DNA of 64,000 nucleotides from Marsupella aquatica (GCA_973895155.1 OZ316894.1:25232709-25296708), one strand, 5' to 3'; positions 27,301 to 41,955 are shown, counted from the first letter of the stretch. Program-made: numbers and translations. Notes: generated by a model not told the origin, from the sequence alone.

Positions 27301-30300
27301 AAACGTGTCTGAATTATTGTGCTTTTCTGGCGCACAAATAACAGTGACAAAGGAGTATGGACTTCTTCACTCGCAATTTCTAGCACTTTGTCATATATAG
27401 TAAGGTTATTAAACACAATAAATTTCGTCCAGACACTTGCCCTTTTACTTTCGATTTACTCGATATTTTTGGCTCTTGGAAGTCCCGACAGTATTCTAAG
27501 CCGGTCAGTTCAAGCAGGCATTGCTAGACTTGAAACACTAGACAGTTCTCTATTCATCCTAAGTTCGCTCGAAAATCAAGATGCATACTTAGTATCATTA
27601 CAAACTATAATGTTTTAATTTGAGCGTTACCTTTAGTTTCGAAGCAAAGGCATAACTGGTTCCTAACACTGGCTCACAAGATCCCAAAGATTGTGAGTTG
27701 TTTAATTTGAAAATGACCTCCTAATTAAACATCTGACCTATATATCTGAGGATTATATATCAACTTTACATGAACCGCATTGCAAAAGAGCAGCTTGATT
27801 AGACTCGAGAATTAAGGGATCCAAATGGAACAAAACTATCATGGCTGTAAAAGCCAACTTAATTTCACTTCCAAATCAGTTTAACATGCGGACCTTCAAG
27901 TCGGTATTCAATTAGTCGATGTCAGTCACTGAAAATTGTACTAGTTTAGGTTAAAGTGTCCACAACCATGTATTCAGACAGTAATGTAAGGAGATAAGAA
28001 TGATAGGAGATAAATGTTGAGAGCGCTTTGTCGATCATCAACTCAAAGGGATTGAGAAAAACATCCTCGATCAATTGCTATCAAATGCAGTTACGTAGAG
28101 GACGGATTCGAAGCCAGTGTGTTAACAGCAGTCTTGACTGTTAAGCTTGCATGTGACTGGTCGATTCCTGGGTCTTCCTGCCGGCCGTAAGTTAATTTCA
28201 ACGTACGTAATCAGCTCATCGGCAAGCTAGTTGCCTTGGATACGTTTGATGAACAAAAGTTGATCTAAACTTCAAGTATGTAGACTTATTCGAATAAAGA
28301 TTGGGGAGTTCGATCGCTCGACTTATTCGATCGTAATCTACTTTGTTACGCAGCTTGCTACTCGCAAGCTCCTTCGATCACTTCTGGTCAGATGGTCCAA
28401 TTGGGCCCTACTTACTCATTTATTCATTCGATGTATCCCTCACAGAGACATGCGGTATGCAACTACGTACGGAGATGAAGTGGAACTTCTGTCATGCATG
28501 TGATGCATGCAAAGCACAAGCTCATGCTTTTGCTATTGTTAGACTGATCCCCATCGTGGAGAGAAGCCCATGTTGAGGAAAGGATGTTATATCTCAGCTG
28601 TAGGAGCCAGGGATTTCTTCTCTCATATAATTTGTCAGCTGACTGCTATATGAATGAATCAATTTGAGAGTCCACTGGGACGTGAAAGGGCCATAGGACC
28701 CAAAATGAGACAACTTAGCTACATCAGAGACTGGTCACTGTCCTTCTCATTGATAAGTACTCTCCTGCAGCCCATTGCCCGACGTCTTGACTACAACTTC
28801 CTCCATGAACGAAGCTCCGACCTGAGTTTGATAGCGAAATGGAAGCTGGTCGATGAAAGAATGTGCATTTGCAGCCTTAGCAGCTTCTTTAATCTCCTCC
28901 TCGGTGGCATTGTCCTTTCCATACAGAATGTTTGCAAAAATAGTAGTTGCAAATAGTACAGGCTCTTGGTTGACTAGCCCAATCTGCCCTCGCAACCACT
29001 TTAAGCTAAGCGTTTTCAGGTTGTGACCATCCAGCAATACCTCACCTGCAATTCAGCCCCAAGTCCTCCATATCAGCCATTCCCGGCCACGTACGTACGT
29101 TGGAGTATAATATGAGAATGATATGAGAATCTTATAATTATAACTTTCAGGACTCTTGCGGTGCTTGCTTAATTAATTTGAGAATGCATAACCAGAGACA
29201 TCACGAATCTGACTGTAAACAGTAATTAAGATAAAAGTGATCATGTTTACGTTGCTTCCTACCTACAACAGGGTCGTAGAAGCGTTCGATGAGAGAAATA
29301 ATCGTGCTCTTGCCAGAGCCACTGCTTCCCACAATGGCTACTGTCTTGCCTTGAGGGACAACCAAGGAAAATTTCGTAAAGACAGGCACGTGAGGTCGAG
29401 TGGGATACGAAAAGTCCACATTTCGGAGCTCGATTAGACCCTCAACAGACTCCAGAACTTCACCAGTCTCGATTATTGTCGATTTTCTATCAATAACCTG
29501 AAAAATCTTGAAAGCCGCAACCCTTCCACTTACAATGGTTGTGATATTTGGTAGTGCTTGCCCCAAAGCTCTGAATTCATGCACCATATACATATGAATC
29601 AATTTCAGGGCCGTAGAAATAGAGGAGACAGATTATACATGGAGCTTGATTTCAGGTTGCAAGCAACTAGATTTCTTACGAAATGACAACTTATCATGCA
29701 TCTTTGTAAATTTCTTCCCACTGATCTTCTGTATTCCGGAAATGCAAAATTAATTCTTTCATTCATTCACATCTTCATTATAAACGATTTTTGCGAAGTA
29801 TAGAAAAGTAATTATATTGATGAACATAATGTTCAGATCGGCTACCCTAGCTGTTGTGTTTCTTCCACCATTGGTCCTCAAAATGCCTGCCAAAACATTC
29901 GAAATTGATGAAATACGGTCAACTTCTACTTACATACTTCCGACAATTACCGCGAAGATTGTAGACAGTGTTTCTCCACCGTCGGCTTCCCCCTTACGAA
30001 CGAGCACACCACCGTACCAAAAAAGCAGCGCCCAACAAGAGAAAAACATTCCAGAAGTGCAGCCCAGTCCGAGACCCTTTGCCAGACAACTCTTAGTCGC
30101 AAGCTTCATAGTTTTCTCGACGGTGACCGAATAATCTCTAATAAACTTTGCTTCACCCACAAACGAATACACCGTGCGCACCTGAGCAATCGCCTGCTTC
30201 GACAATTAAAAGCAAGAAATGAGGTTATTAATGGCGAACTTGTTTTGACAGACAAGAACTGATAAGGGACTCACAAAGATCCGGGTTGATGAAGCTGAGC

Positions 30301-31820
30301 ATGCATGATTAAATGGACCAGGTCTTGAAGCTTGCTTCAATAGGATAGTGGTCATGACCACTCCCTGATTGACTATATATTGTATAAGTTTCAGTCCCCA
30401 CGACCATATGTGATTCTAGAAAATAAATCGAATAGCCCCATATTTCCAAGGTCGGCTGCTGACCTGTTCTGCAATGCTTCCTGCTTCTGTATAAGCCGAA
30501 GCAGCAGTAGCAGTGAACCGAGTCAGATTGTAGACAAACAAACCCCCTGCCAATGCGACCAGAGGTAGAACGGACAGTGTTACAATAGCAATGCGCCAGT
30601 GATTGGTGAATCCGACTATGAAACCGGCAACAAAGGTCGACAGGTAATGGATAAAGTTGCCAATCTGCAAACGGAACATGGATGACGACTTCAATTAGAC
30701 GGAATCCTCCCCAAACAAACTGAAGGAAAATACTTCAAATTCCCAGTTGAGTGCATGTCCTGGCTTGATCTGTGTACAGTGTGTTCGCTACCTTTTCACT
30801 AATAGCTTCTTGCACCAACAGAGGATCCGTGGCAATGCTGCTGACGAAGTCTCCAGTCTTTGTATCAGTATCAAAATACGACACATCTTGCTGCAGCAAC
30901 GCCTGCAGATATTTTGCCCTCAATCTTGATGACTGACGCTCTCCAGTGAGCGTCCAAAATGATACCTCTGCAAGTTCAATTGAAATCAAAACAAAATAGT
31001 AGCAAAGCGAGTGTAAATAGGATATCGCTTTCATGCAAGTGAACCTCAGTTTCCCCATGATAGTTCCTACCTTGTAGAACTTTGCATGTACTGTATCAAG
31101 ATTTCACAAAGTTGGAGACTGAGGAGGCCATTACCTAACCATGAGGATGGAAGGGTTATTAACCCCAGCCACACGAAGTCTAGAACATACTGCGCAGACA
31201 CATCAACACAGCTCAATATCTACTTAGAACAGTAGCTGAGTAGTGAGTATGCGAGGAATCCAGACGCAAATCACGACTTGACTAACTCAATTCAGAGTTT
31301 CATGTAGAACTGATTCATGCAGCCAAATTTTACTGCATGATAATTAAATGGGTATGTAATCTACGTACAACTGAATTGAATCATGTCACTCCATATACAT
31401 GTACATCTTGCCTCAGGGTTTTGAGCTGTGGCGTATGTCGCTCGATGGGGGACAAATCATGCATGTGCATACCTTATTCACAGTACTTCGTGCAACTGAG
31501 AGGTCTTTGCTTCCTCCAAGCCCAGTCAATAGTTTCCCGAACACAAAAAGCAGACCTGGAATTGCTGCACCGTGAACAGCGGCCCCGACGGTTCCGAAAA
31601 ACATCAAGAAATAATCATACTTATCAGCAAAGGAGAACAACTGGATAATAGAAACCATGCGCTGGTGCTGCTGCTGCTGCTCAGTTGCTGTTCCACGGGC
31701 CGCAGCATGGGCGAGCTTGGAATGGGGAACTTTTCCATCTTCATCTGTCTCAAATTCAATCTTCATCACGTTGTCTAATTCACTGTCACCACCATTCGCC
31801 CCATCATTCATGGTCATCAT
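21365..31820 (-). CDS. ABCB: Full-size ABCB transporter copy 3 with two expanded introns
   Basis: Exons approx 31820-31473, 31190-31137, 30968-30793, 30666-30463, 30194-29935, 29570-29264, 29046-28821, 27194-26808, ~26680-26212 (linker boundary uncertain), 25809-25567, 22610-21365. Both NBDs have Walker A/B and LSGGQKQR; intron positions are shared with copy 2. Confidence 0.93.
23864..24350 (+). mobile_element. Putative tRNA-derived SINE in the last intron of ABCB copy 3
   Basis: A-box-like TAAGTCAATTGG (~23867) and B-box-like AGTTCAATCT (23911) at tRNA-like spacing. Internal 44-bp and ~120-bp tandem duplications. A9 tail at 24342-24350. No clear TSD. Confidence 0.55.
24396..25399. mobile_element. 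AT-rich foldback/MITE-like element (~1 kb inverted repeat)
   Basis: The left arm AATATAACTAAAGAACTAATATTTTTGGCCAATTCCATA (~24603-24640) is reverse-complemented at ~25144-25181. Homology runs from ACTTTTGTGACTTTT (24396) to AAAAGTCACGAAAGT (25399). Confidence 0.85.
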
Positions 31821-32290
31821 CGACAACACAAGCTTGATCAATTGCCAGTTGAATCAAATCGTTTGACTCAACTAGTGCATCGCTGCAACACCGATTTCAC
31901 AACTGGCATATCTGAACGAGGATGGATTGCAGTATCAACAGATGTAGGCAATCTACAATCTTCAATCTTCCGAGTGAAGAGCCAGCAACACTGGCCAGCA
32001 GATATATACCGTTTCGAGCTAGCTAGGGTGATCCAGCTGCTCTGCAACTCTGACAATGTCATGCCCACATTCATCCTCGCAAGACACAGAAGAAAACATT
32101 TTGTTTGCCATGAGAATTATAAAACTGTACCCAATTGGAAAGCCGTCCCCATTCGCATTTATTTGAGGGCAATATCTCCATGCAAACCCATCTGAAACGT
32201 AACAGTATGAAATAAGAAGACTGAGTTGAGCTTGGAATATGACCTCACACCTGAACACATTAGTTGTTTAGTACAAGCGTACTGCAGTTG

Positions 32291-32465
32291 TGGCATTGAG
32301 GGGACATTTCACCTTGTGGTAGTACAAGAATAAAGCACTCTACTTTAATGACCTCATATAGCCACAATCACACAATGTGTCATATAATGGCATTGAGGGG
32401 ACATCTCACCTTGTGGTAGTACAGGAATAAATTACTTTACTTAATGACCTCATGCAGCCATAATC
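32291..32465. repeat. ~97-bp-period direct duplication upstream of ABCB copy 3
   Basis: TGGCATTGAGGGGACAT(T/C)TCACCTTGTGGTAGTACA occurs twice. Confidence 0.75.
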
Positions 32466-35400
32466 CCTCCTGTCACTCAGGATGACAATAACAAGTCCAT
32501 ATAATCCAGAGTTGATGTTGAATACATATTGTTGCCACACCAAATTTTCCTGAAAATCTGCATGATAAATTTGTGTCATGATTAGGATCAAAGAATACAA
32601 TAACAAAGACTGCATGTATGCATCATGCCCTTCTTACAGAATCTTTGTGATATACCAAGATCCCTTGTCTTGTGTGTTTGGGGATTAATTCTTGAGTAAT
32701 GGAAGGTTAGGATAAAACAAAGTATAAATCTAATAGTCATAAAGTGTTCCCTCCAAAAGGAAACCAACAACCCACCATTTCTGCCAGGATTCCTTATTAT
32801 AATAGTAGATAAGACAAACCTCTCCAAAATAATATTAACAGGAATATTAGAGGCATATACTAATTTGACATTGCTATATTGAGCATCTTTGTTTTAGTCT
32901 CCTGAGCTTAATCTTTTGGTTATTGTTTTAATTTTAACTTCAGCCTAGGAGGGCTGTCTTCTTTGACATTCCTTCCATTTTGAAATAAATTGAGTCCCCC
33001 TATTTGTTTGATTTCTTTTTCTGCAAGATGCGTACGGTCCATACACCTTTTTCCATATACTATTTGGCTTGTAATTTTACCCGTTTGGGGGGACTTTCAT
33101 TTTTATCAAAATACCCTTACAAAAGGCAAGGCAAAAGCCTTCCACTCTCCAATCCCATAAGACCACCACCAATGTGCTACGCAATGGTGGTGCATTGATT
33201 GGTTTTGATATTAATATCATTAGAAATATTTTGTGACTCTTTTGTGGCCCTCGCCCCCTGGCCCACACCTCCTTATGTTCCACACACACTTCATTCAAGA
33301 TAGTTGTGTCTTGACGCTCCCCCTTTCTCATTCAAGTGTGAACTTTTACAATAGATCCATTACTTTATATCAAATGAATTTATTTAATAAAATTTACATA
33401 TGATATAATAACAATGTATATATATTTTGCAGTACGTCAAAATAGGAAGACAGATTTCAAAATTTGCATGAAAGAACATTAGGGTCTATTAAATAAATAT
33501 TTGAGACTTCAAGAACAACGTAGAATTTTTAAGCCAATTTTAGAATATTGCATTAAATATGTTGAATTCATAGGGGGAATGTTTTAGGGTATATATAGGA
33601 GCCCTAAGAATGTCAAGGGATGTGGGGGCTGCAAACAGTGAGACCGAGGGCCCTTCTTGACTGCTACTCGAATAGATGGTAATATTATAACTATAAATAC
33701 ATATATGTATGTGTATTTTTACTTTAAAACAGTGGAATGATGTAAATCTTAGTATCTCATAATTGTTTTCAATATATTTACAAGTGAAAACCTGGATAAC
33801 TGCAAGGCATCATGTTCTTCCCTCTGCTGATACACCAAGTTCACACTTGTTTTGCACCCCTTATAAGTGCAAAAATGTCCTGAAATGTGTTGCTAAACCA
33901 CAACTCTAAAGTTTGTAAGGGCAGATACTTAATAAGTTATCGTGCAAATTACACATCATCATGCAACATACATCATTGACATATCATATATACTATATAC
34001 ATACATGATATAAACAAGAGCACATACAAATACAAGTGTACCGCAATTGAAATCCGTGAAAGACATACTATCATAAAACACATATAGAACACAAATAGTC
34101 GAGTCAAATCCACTCCACTATGGAGAATCTAGGTTGAAGCTAACGGGAGACCATAACCAAGGAGTTTCACTCACTACCAAGGCTCTCCCAACACCTCAAC
34201 TCAAAGAACTAAATGTTCTTTGAATAACACTCCACACTATACCCTCCAACCCAAGGGCAGGTCCTATCAAAGGACTCACCCTCAACAAGGCACCCCTTCT
34301 AACCCTATGCATAGAACCAATCCTTATCTAGGTACTACAATCCTACATTAGGCATGGCCTCCACTAGCACACTAAGTATTACAACCACACACACACATAT
34401 ATATATGATCATGACAAGTTGTACATGTACACTAATCTGCATGACCACAATCCCATCATTTTGTATTTTATTGACAAGTGCATGCCCTTTTTCAGTAGAG
34501 TCAAAGAACTTGTGTAATACCAACACCAAATTTAAAGAAGGCCATGTACAATTTGGGGATTTGGGTTGCAATTCAGGAAACTCGTCACCATTAAGAATCC
34601 TTTCTTGCCAATAAGTGTACAATTCTACAGGTTTATACTTATCTCTTGCCAATAAATGCACAACCCTCTGGGTTTGTACTTATCAGGGACAGGAAACTTG
34701 TTTACTGCACATTGGATGCTTCATCTGGGTGCATGCACTTTTAGAGAGCTGTCTGTTTAACCTGGCCCACTATTATGGTGACAGATGTTGTGGTAGGACA
34801 GCTTTCCTTGACAATTTGGCATATATCACATCCAATATCCTTCCATAATTAGCCCTGCTGGTCATCACACATCAAAATGTGGTAATATACATTTCCACAT
34901 TTGCCTTAATTATGTACCTTCTCAGATTCTTTCAGAATGAACACGCACTCACCAATCTAATTAGGAGACTTCCACAGTTTGTCTTAATTATGTACCTTCT
35001 CAGATTCTTTCGTAATGAACACTCGTTATCTTCAGCTCATATGACATACAATCCAGATAGAGTTAACTTTTTGTTTCTCCGTGTCTACAGAGGAAGTGAG
35101 TGGTGAACATCAGGCACCTCGAAATTGCTCCAACAGTGCTTTATTAAGGGTACAGTAGAAGGTCCTGCCCCTTTCCCTGGACTGAGACCATACATTTGAA
35201 GGGTTAGCAAATGGGTAACAACAACACCCATCGACATTTCCATGGTCCTCAGTCACAACATTCAAGTGTAGTTCTGCAGGACTGCAAGCTTCCTTGGGAC
35301 TAATTAACAATTCAGGACCACAGCCGCCATGCGTGTCCTCACAATCCATTGCCAAAGACCATTCAGCAGGTGAAGAGGAAGCATTTCAATGAAAAACAAT

Positions 35401-36416
35401 CCACCCTGATCTTGGTGGAGGCTACGTCAGGAGTACAGAAAATACGGTTCTCTTGTGTTATCACACAAACAAGCCCCATGCCAGCCATACAATATGTCCT
35501 AAAGCTGAGCCCAAAATCCTCACGCAAAGCCCAACATTTTCAAACCGTGCAGCTCAGACCAAGTCCTCAGCCAAACCCCTGGCTCAGAATCAGAACCCCA
35601 ACTAAATGCTTCTCGAATGACATCTTCAGCATGCCTAAAAGACTCCGGAGTCATCACGCACGGAGATTATTGAGTGAGGTTACCACAATAGAGATTTCAA
35701 GCAATTAAATTCGACAGTGTGCCCGGTCACTGTAATATAACTGATATCCATGTTTTGTGAGATGGGTTGGTGAGATTCCCCTACAACCAGTCCCAAACAA
35801 GGCATGTGCGAGACACCGGAATGTTGACCATGCGTACACCAAACCTCCAAGACTCTCCACCGGGATATTCAGCACACTAGTAAGAGATGATGCAATTCCT
35901 TACCAAACTCGTCTCCGCACCTGCTGCAACTCTTCCAGAGCCCACTGTCATCAGGTCTCTACAGAGTATGGTATCACTTTCCTCACCTTGCACAGAATGC
36001 TGTTAGATATTCTTAAACGACTACCTTCGGGGAGAGTTTTGTCATGTGAAAGCTTGGTCAACGCTTGATACCGTTAGCAAGAGATCCATCCCCGACTAAT
36101 AACAATTCACCTCACAACCCCTGAATGTAAATATAACGAATCCCTTGCGTGACAAACGCCAGACAATAAAGTGTGAACACAGAAGCAGGCCCCTTTTCGC
36201 GTAGAAGGGCTAATGAAACCTAGGCTTCTATTAGCGACGGGTGTATTAAACTCACCTTTGAATTTTTGCAGGATCAATATACTCCACCCTACAACAGATA
36301 TGCACAAGGGTCCACAAGGTAGCAGGAAACAACCCGTTACGGTCCACGCTGCTGCTGATAGACAGGCAATGATGACCGATCCTAGAACAGTTACAGATTT
36401 CCAGCCCTGGAACAAG

Positions 36417-39400
36417 TTATGGAGCCACCCATGTGCATATGCAAATATGAATAAACTGCTCAGGCCCACAAAGATTGCGTGCTACCCAATCCAGAGGTAT
36501 ATCAAGACTTGGTTCAATCCCTTGAATGCGGACAACACCATTGAATTGTTCTGCACTGTCCAGGTGCAGTCCCTTCCAAACCCCTCCAGAAGATCTTAGT
36601 ATAGCCTTCTTGCCGTGACTTGGAAAGCTCCTGCTCTGTTCTTGAGATAATTCCTCTGGATCCATGTCAGCCTTGATGACATCAGGTCCTTCATGGCCAG
36701 GGGTAATGAGGTCATCACTTCCAGGTTCTGGTCTTTGTTGAGTATCATCAATGGAGGGTTTGAATTGAATGTCAACACTCTCTACATCATGTGTGCCAAG
36801 ATTTCCTCTGGTCACATCAGAGTAGGATTTAGGCAATCCCGAGTTCCATACTATCAGTTCATGTCTATCACTGGTTGTGACCGCGGGCGCAACGGTTTCA
36901 ACTTCTACAGGCAACGAGGGAGAGGAGAAAAGGTGAGGTACAACCTTCATCAGAGCATCACGTAGAGTGAGCACAAAACCTGCACGGATTAAGGAAATGA
37001 TCAGGTAGAGCACATCACGAAAGAAACTGAGCTTACCTTCGTCAGCAGTGAACTAGCAATCAACTCATCCTGAGGGAGGAGAACCATACACAGTGTCACT
37101 CTCTAGAAAGCAACCTTCACAAATTGCATAGACGAACCTCCTGCAGTCACTCCCAATACTGCCATCTCCTGAAAGCCAATCATAAAAGCCTACGGTAAAC
37201 TAGGGTCAAAGAATTGGGACGGTACCTTCCTCCTTTGGAACGTCAATTGGTCTTGTCATATAAACTAACTCATCCCACGAATTAACAGGAGGGACATCAT
37301 ACAAAACATCCAATTTATCCTTCAGTCGTCGTATGTACAGTCTTAACGGTATCCTCCCAGGGAGTACAGCTTCACTTCCTGGATGTCACAAGATTGGCCA
37401 CTTACTGCTCAGTGATGTATACAGGAACAGCTTGTACGGCGGTGAGCACTAGTAACGGTAACCTAAGGGCGGAAGAAAATTGTCCTTGTTTAAATACAAT
37501 TCAAAAAAATAACCAACAACAAAGAGCAAAAAAAGCGGGTACCTTTGCATCAAATCTAAGGTGCTTCTAGAGAAGTAAAGTTTCTTGACATGAGCCTTTG
37601 TTGCCTGGGTATCCCTCACAAAAGCAAATTAAAATTTCGGGTAAACAAAATCTTACATACCTCATCTAAGGTCTGACATCTAGCATACCTAATCTAACGG
37701 TCGACTTAGTATCTGTTTCCAGTTCGCCACTGGCCGCATGCCGTACATGAAGCCTTCCTGAGTTTGCGCTTGAACCAGGTCTCAGGCGTGTAGAGATATG
37801 ATCAAAAGTTTCCATGTCACCTGCAAAGGCAAAGCTCTTCAGACGAGAACCACGATTGCTGTAATTGTAGGAGCTTAAGTAATGCCTTTGCCATCGACGT
37901 GAAAAATCATGACAAAGATGACTTCAGGATGTCAGCCGCGACAAATACACTAAGCTAACCGTGGCTGCAGCATACTTTTTATGAAGAATATATGCAAAGA
38001 GTAACTCTTAGCTCATGTCCAACTGAGCAATAGAAGGTCAGGATAGGTATCTTTCCCACTGAATCAGACCTTTCACGACACTCTTCCAAAGCTCGAATTG
38101 ATCTACTTGAGACATATTCATTACACTCTTTATGCTTCCATACATCACATAAGATGCCTGCACAAACCAAACACTAAATCAGTACCTGCAGAAGTATCTG
38201 TAATGGTGTAACCTGCCTAAATGACCAGGCAAACATCAAAGCCAGCCAAACTTCTGACACTTCACACCAAGCAAGAAAAACCTAACATACCTCTTTCATG
38301 GCATTGATGAAACTCCATTTGACAGCCTCTTCACCCTCACAAGGACTCAACAGTTCTGTGGGATATGCTCTGAAATGCACCTGGAATAATGTGACACAAA
38401 CATGAAGATAAATGTTGAGGCTTAATCTACAACAGATTTATAAACCGACATCAAATTTGACCCAACCAATACGCTGCCTTATGTAGCCAAACTTCCAGAT
38501 TGCATACCGTCAGCTTCCATGGCCGTTCTGGTTCAGCACAAAGTAGGTCAAAAAGGACTCCAGTGGGTATGTGCCTGCACTCAGAAGGTATTCATCTCAC
38601 TGTCATGTTTAAGAATACTGGAACAATGGCCGTTGAGCGAAACGATGGAACTGTTTGGGAAGGATGATGAGATGTGAGAGAACAGGTAAGACCGGCAACT
38701 GTTAGCTCAGTGCTGCATTGTTCAGGGAGACATTTTGAACAACTAAAGGGTGAGACCCTCCGTCGACAAGAGCATACCATTTCAGAGGAAGCCCCTCATA
38801 GTCGAACCAAATTGTGTCGGAACCTGGAGGCAGAGCACTCTGAAAATGAGGCTTGACAGAATCAGCAAGCAAAGGCAGGTACCCATTGCGAGGAGCCAAG
38901 ACCTACACAACAGAAGAAGACCATTTAGGCCAGTTAGACAACTTGCCTGCCTCCTTGCTCAAACTAGCGTTCATTTACAACATTCTTCTCCACACAAATA
39001 GAACAAGCTGTCTTTCCTACTGCACGCGAGACCTAAAGTCATTTGATAACGCTTATGAGGTAGCCATTTAGGGTGTCATGAAATCGTTCTTGTGGATCTC
39101 AATTTTATAAATTGCCGAAGATATATTTTAACATCTGACATATACTCTACATTAGTCGCCCAAACTGGTGAGTTTTCCTCGGACATTTTACTTTCATGAT
39201 ACTTAGTTTAAATTTTGACACATGACTCTTGGGCTAAATAGCGCTGCTTCCTGCTACCTTAGGTCTCTAAATTTCCTACCCTAAAACTTCAACAGCATAT
39301 GAGCAAGGAAATGAGACTTAGGAGCCAAACAAACGATTCATTGTCTCACCAGGAAAGGAGAGGGGGCAGGAAGGCTGGTGATTTCCGAGATATGGAGGTC

Positions 39401-39487
39401 AACCAGCAACGGAATGGCGCCCATCCAGACATACTTGCGAGAATCGGACGCCAGTGCTCCTGAATCGTCCCCTCCCTCTTTGCCCAT
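36417..39487 (-). CDS. ATG5: Autophagy protein 5
   Basis: Exons approx 39487-39350 (RKYVWMGAIPL), 38902-38778 (APRNGYLPLL..IWFDYEGLPLKW), 38575-38508 (HIPTGVLFDLL..PWKLT), 38381-38292 (VHFRAYP..FINAMKE), 38157-38070, 37821-37689, 37379-37226 (RIPLRLY), 36979-36417 (IQGIEPSLDIPLDWV..LCGPEQFIHICI). Confidence 0.93.
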
Positions 39488-40778
39488 GAGGATTTTATAG
39501 AGCACGAAATTGTCAATAGTGTCTGCCTACCAGTCGTATTTGCACTGCCCTTTAAGTAGATAACAGCTCGTACTCTTATCTGCTGCCGCCTCGACTAAGT
39601 AAAGCAAAATCGTCTTACTTTTTCATATTGATCCCAGAACACAGGAAGGCGACGATTAACTCAACGGGCCCACTTGTCTTCCATCACCCAGCTCAGGCAC
39701 CACATCCTGGTAGAACGTTGGCCAAGGCACATAATACCCACGTCGTCATGGGATTTACCACTCTTGTTGCAATCCATCGCCCCTCCTTGAAGTGGTGAAG
39801 TGGTAGAATAGCACCCTACTGATCAGAGGTTAAGTTCCACTGTGGACGGATAGTGCCCCTCTGTTCCCCATCTCGTGCTGGGGGCTGGTCTGTAGAGAAT
39901 GCACCGTGTGTATCTTGCCCTCGAAGAAATAAATCATCTGGATCTCACGAACTTGAAATACTCCAATAGACGCCAGGGGAAGATCTGATACTCACACATT
40001 TGAACTATCCAGTTCGACCAAGGGAATTGGATATGAATTACCCAGAACGGAGTGCTGCCAAAGAGAATTGTCCTTAGAAAGAATCCATCCATCCATCCAT
40101 CCATTCATTCAAATTCGATTCACTTCTCGCGTGAACGCAAAGCCCCCGCCCATGATCCATTGCTCGAGAAAGGTTGGCAAGACGTCAAAAACATGACAGC
40201 ATCTCATGAACGACTCAATTGAGATTCGTCAGGTGGGATAATTGTCGTCGTGCTACCCTGGAAAGCACTATGTGACAATTCTCTACAATTGCTTTCATGA
40301 GCTCTCACTTGTCCGACAAGCGATCGAGATAATTTCCTCCGAATTCACCTGATCCCGAGTCCTAGCAACCCTAATTTTGTTTCTCGACAACGTCTCGTTG
40401 AACGCAGCACAGGAACTCTTACAACCCAACTGCGTCTGCTAGCGCCACCTTAACGTTGGACAGTCAGAATGTGAGATCCTTCGATCAGAATCAACAGATG
40501 AAAACATCCCGAGTCACACTATCTCGGTGTCACCATTAATCAACGATGTTTCCCACTTTTGGTTCGATTTGATCCAGCTTGAGTCAGGAAGAAATCAATG
40601 TGACAGAACAAACTCCTGCATCTACAACAGCGTATTAACTCAACGCTGGCGAAAGACATTTCACTTCCGTTTCCTGGGTTTGCTAGCAAAACTGTAGCCT
40701 GTAAGAACGAAACGCTTTGCAAACAAATGCCAATTGCGTGAGCCGAGGGATTTGGTTGCTGAACATCACACTCCACGA

Positions 40779-40807
40779 TGCACTGCACTGCACTGCACTG
40801 CACTGCA
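40779..40807. repeat. (GCACT)n microsatellite
   Basis: TGCACTGCACTGCACTGCACTGCACTGCA. Confidence 0.8.
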
Positions 40808-41639
40808 AAGTGTTATCGATCTCCCTTCAACACGTTGCCTGCTCTGCAGAGATGCTCTGCCACGTTTGGTGCTGTGCCGCCTTTGGGTCTTCCGGTGCTG
40901 AAGGCATACGGTACTGGACTGACAGAGCCCCTGAAATTACGGCACCATATCAGTCAATTATGCAGAGTGCAAGACTCCGTGTGAGAAACGACAATTGATT
41001 TTCATTCCAATTTCATATTCCTGCACTTTATTCCATAGATCCGATTCTAGAGTAGCCTTTTGAGTTTGGGGGTGATTAGGGCTAAGTGTATCCTAACCCA
41101 CCTCAGTACCTCACCTCCAGAGGGGGTAATGAGATGTAATCCCCAAGGGAGGTAAGCCCAACCAGGCTACAGCCTATCAGTTATTGAGCAAAAGCTGTAA
41201 GTAAAATTTTGAAACATTCATCTCACTTTTACACGGCAAAATTGTTGTTTGACGTTGATTGCGCCTTACGTGTATTCGCATTCGAAATTAAGAATCCCCA
41301 GGCCAGGCTGGTACAGAGGTTCCTTGGCTCACTTGCAGGGTAATGCCTCATTAATTTCTATTGAAACAAGAACAAAATATCCAAGGGGCTTATGGTCATC
41401 AGGATGATAGGGCTCCTTGGTCTCCATTGGGTGATAGTTATGACAGCTCAGATGCCGGGAGTGACAGTCTAGACTCCTGGTTTTTTGCATCATTTTCTGA
41501 TCGGGGTCTTTTCACCATTGAAATCTTGTTTATATATATCACACTATCAAAAAACAAAAAGTTTCAAAAGAGGAGACAATACTTAACTCTTTACCCATTG
41601 AAAGAGTGGCATTTTCAATGGGTAAAGAATTGAGTCTAG

Positions 41640-41955
41640 AAAGTGTGCAGTGTTTGGGGTTGCCTGGGAATCATGGTCATTTGCAGGTAACAGTTTTGAG
41701 TGGAGGGGGTGCTGTGTGTTTGGGATTAGGAAATGGTGGTTTGTGGGCCAAGGTTTGAGTATATGGGGTGTTGAGTGTTTGGGGTTAGGAATGGTGATTT
41801 GTGGGGTAAAGGTCTGAGCATAGGGGGTGTTGAGTGTTACTTAGTTTGTGATTGGGAATGATTGTTGATTTGTTGCTAAAGGTCACTGTGGAGGCCATGT
41901 TGAATGTTTGAGGTTGGGGATTGGGCTTGTGGGTAAAGGTTTGAGTACAGTGAGT
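41640..41955. repeat. G/T-rich degenerate tandem repeat (~60-bp unit), left part of the retroelement target
   Basis: GGGGTGTTGAGTGTTTGGGGTTAGGAATGGTGATTTGTGGGGTAAAGGT variants. Confidence 0.75.

Noticed and set aside
41640-41955. Interstitial telomere
   Set aside because: Only scattered GGGTTAGG motifs within a longer unit; no (TTTAGGG)n or (TTAGGG)n run
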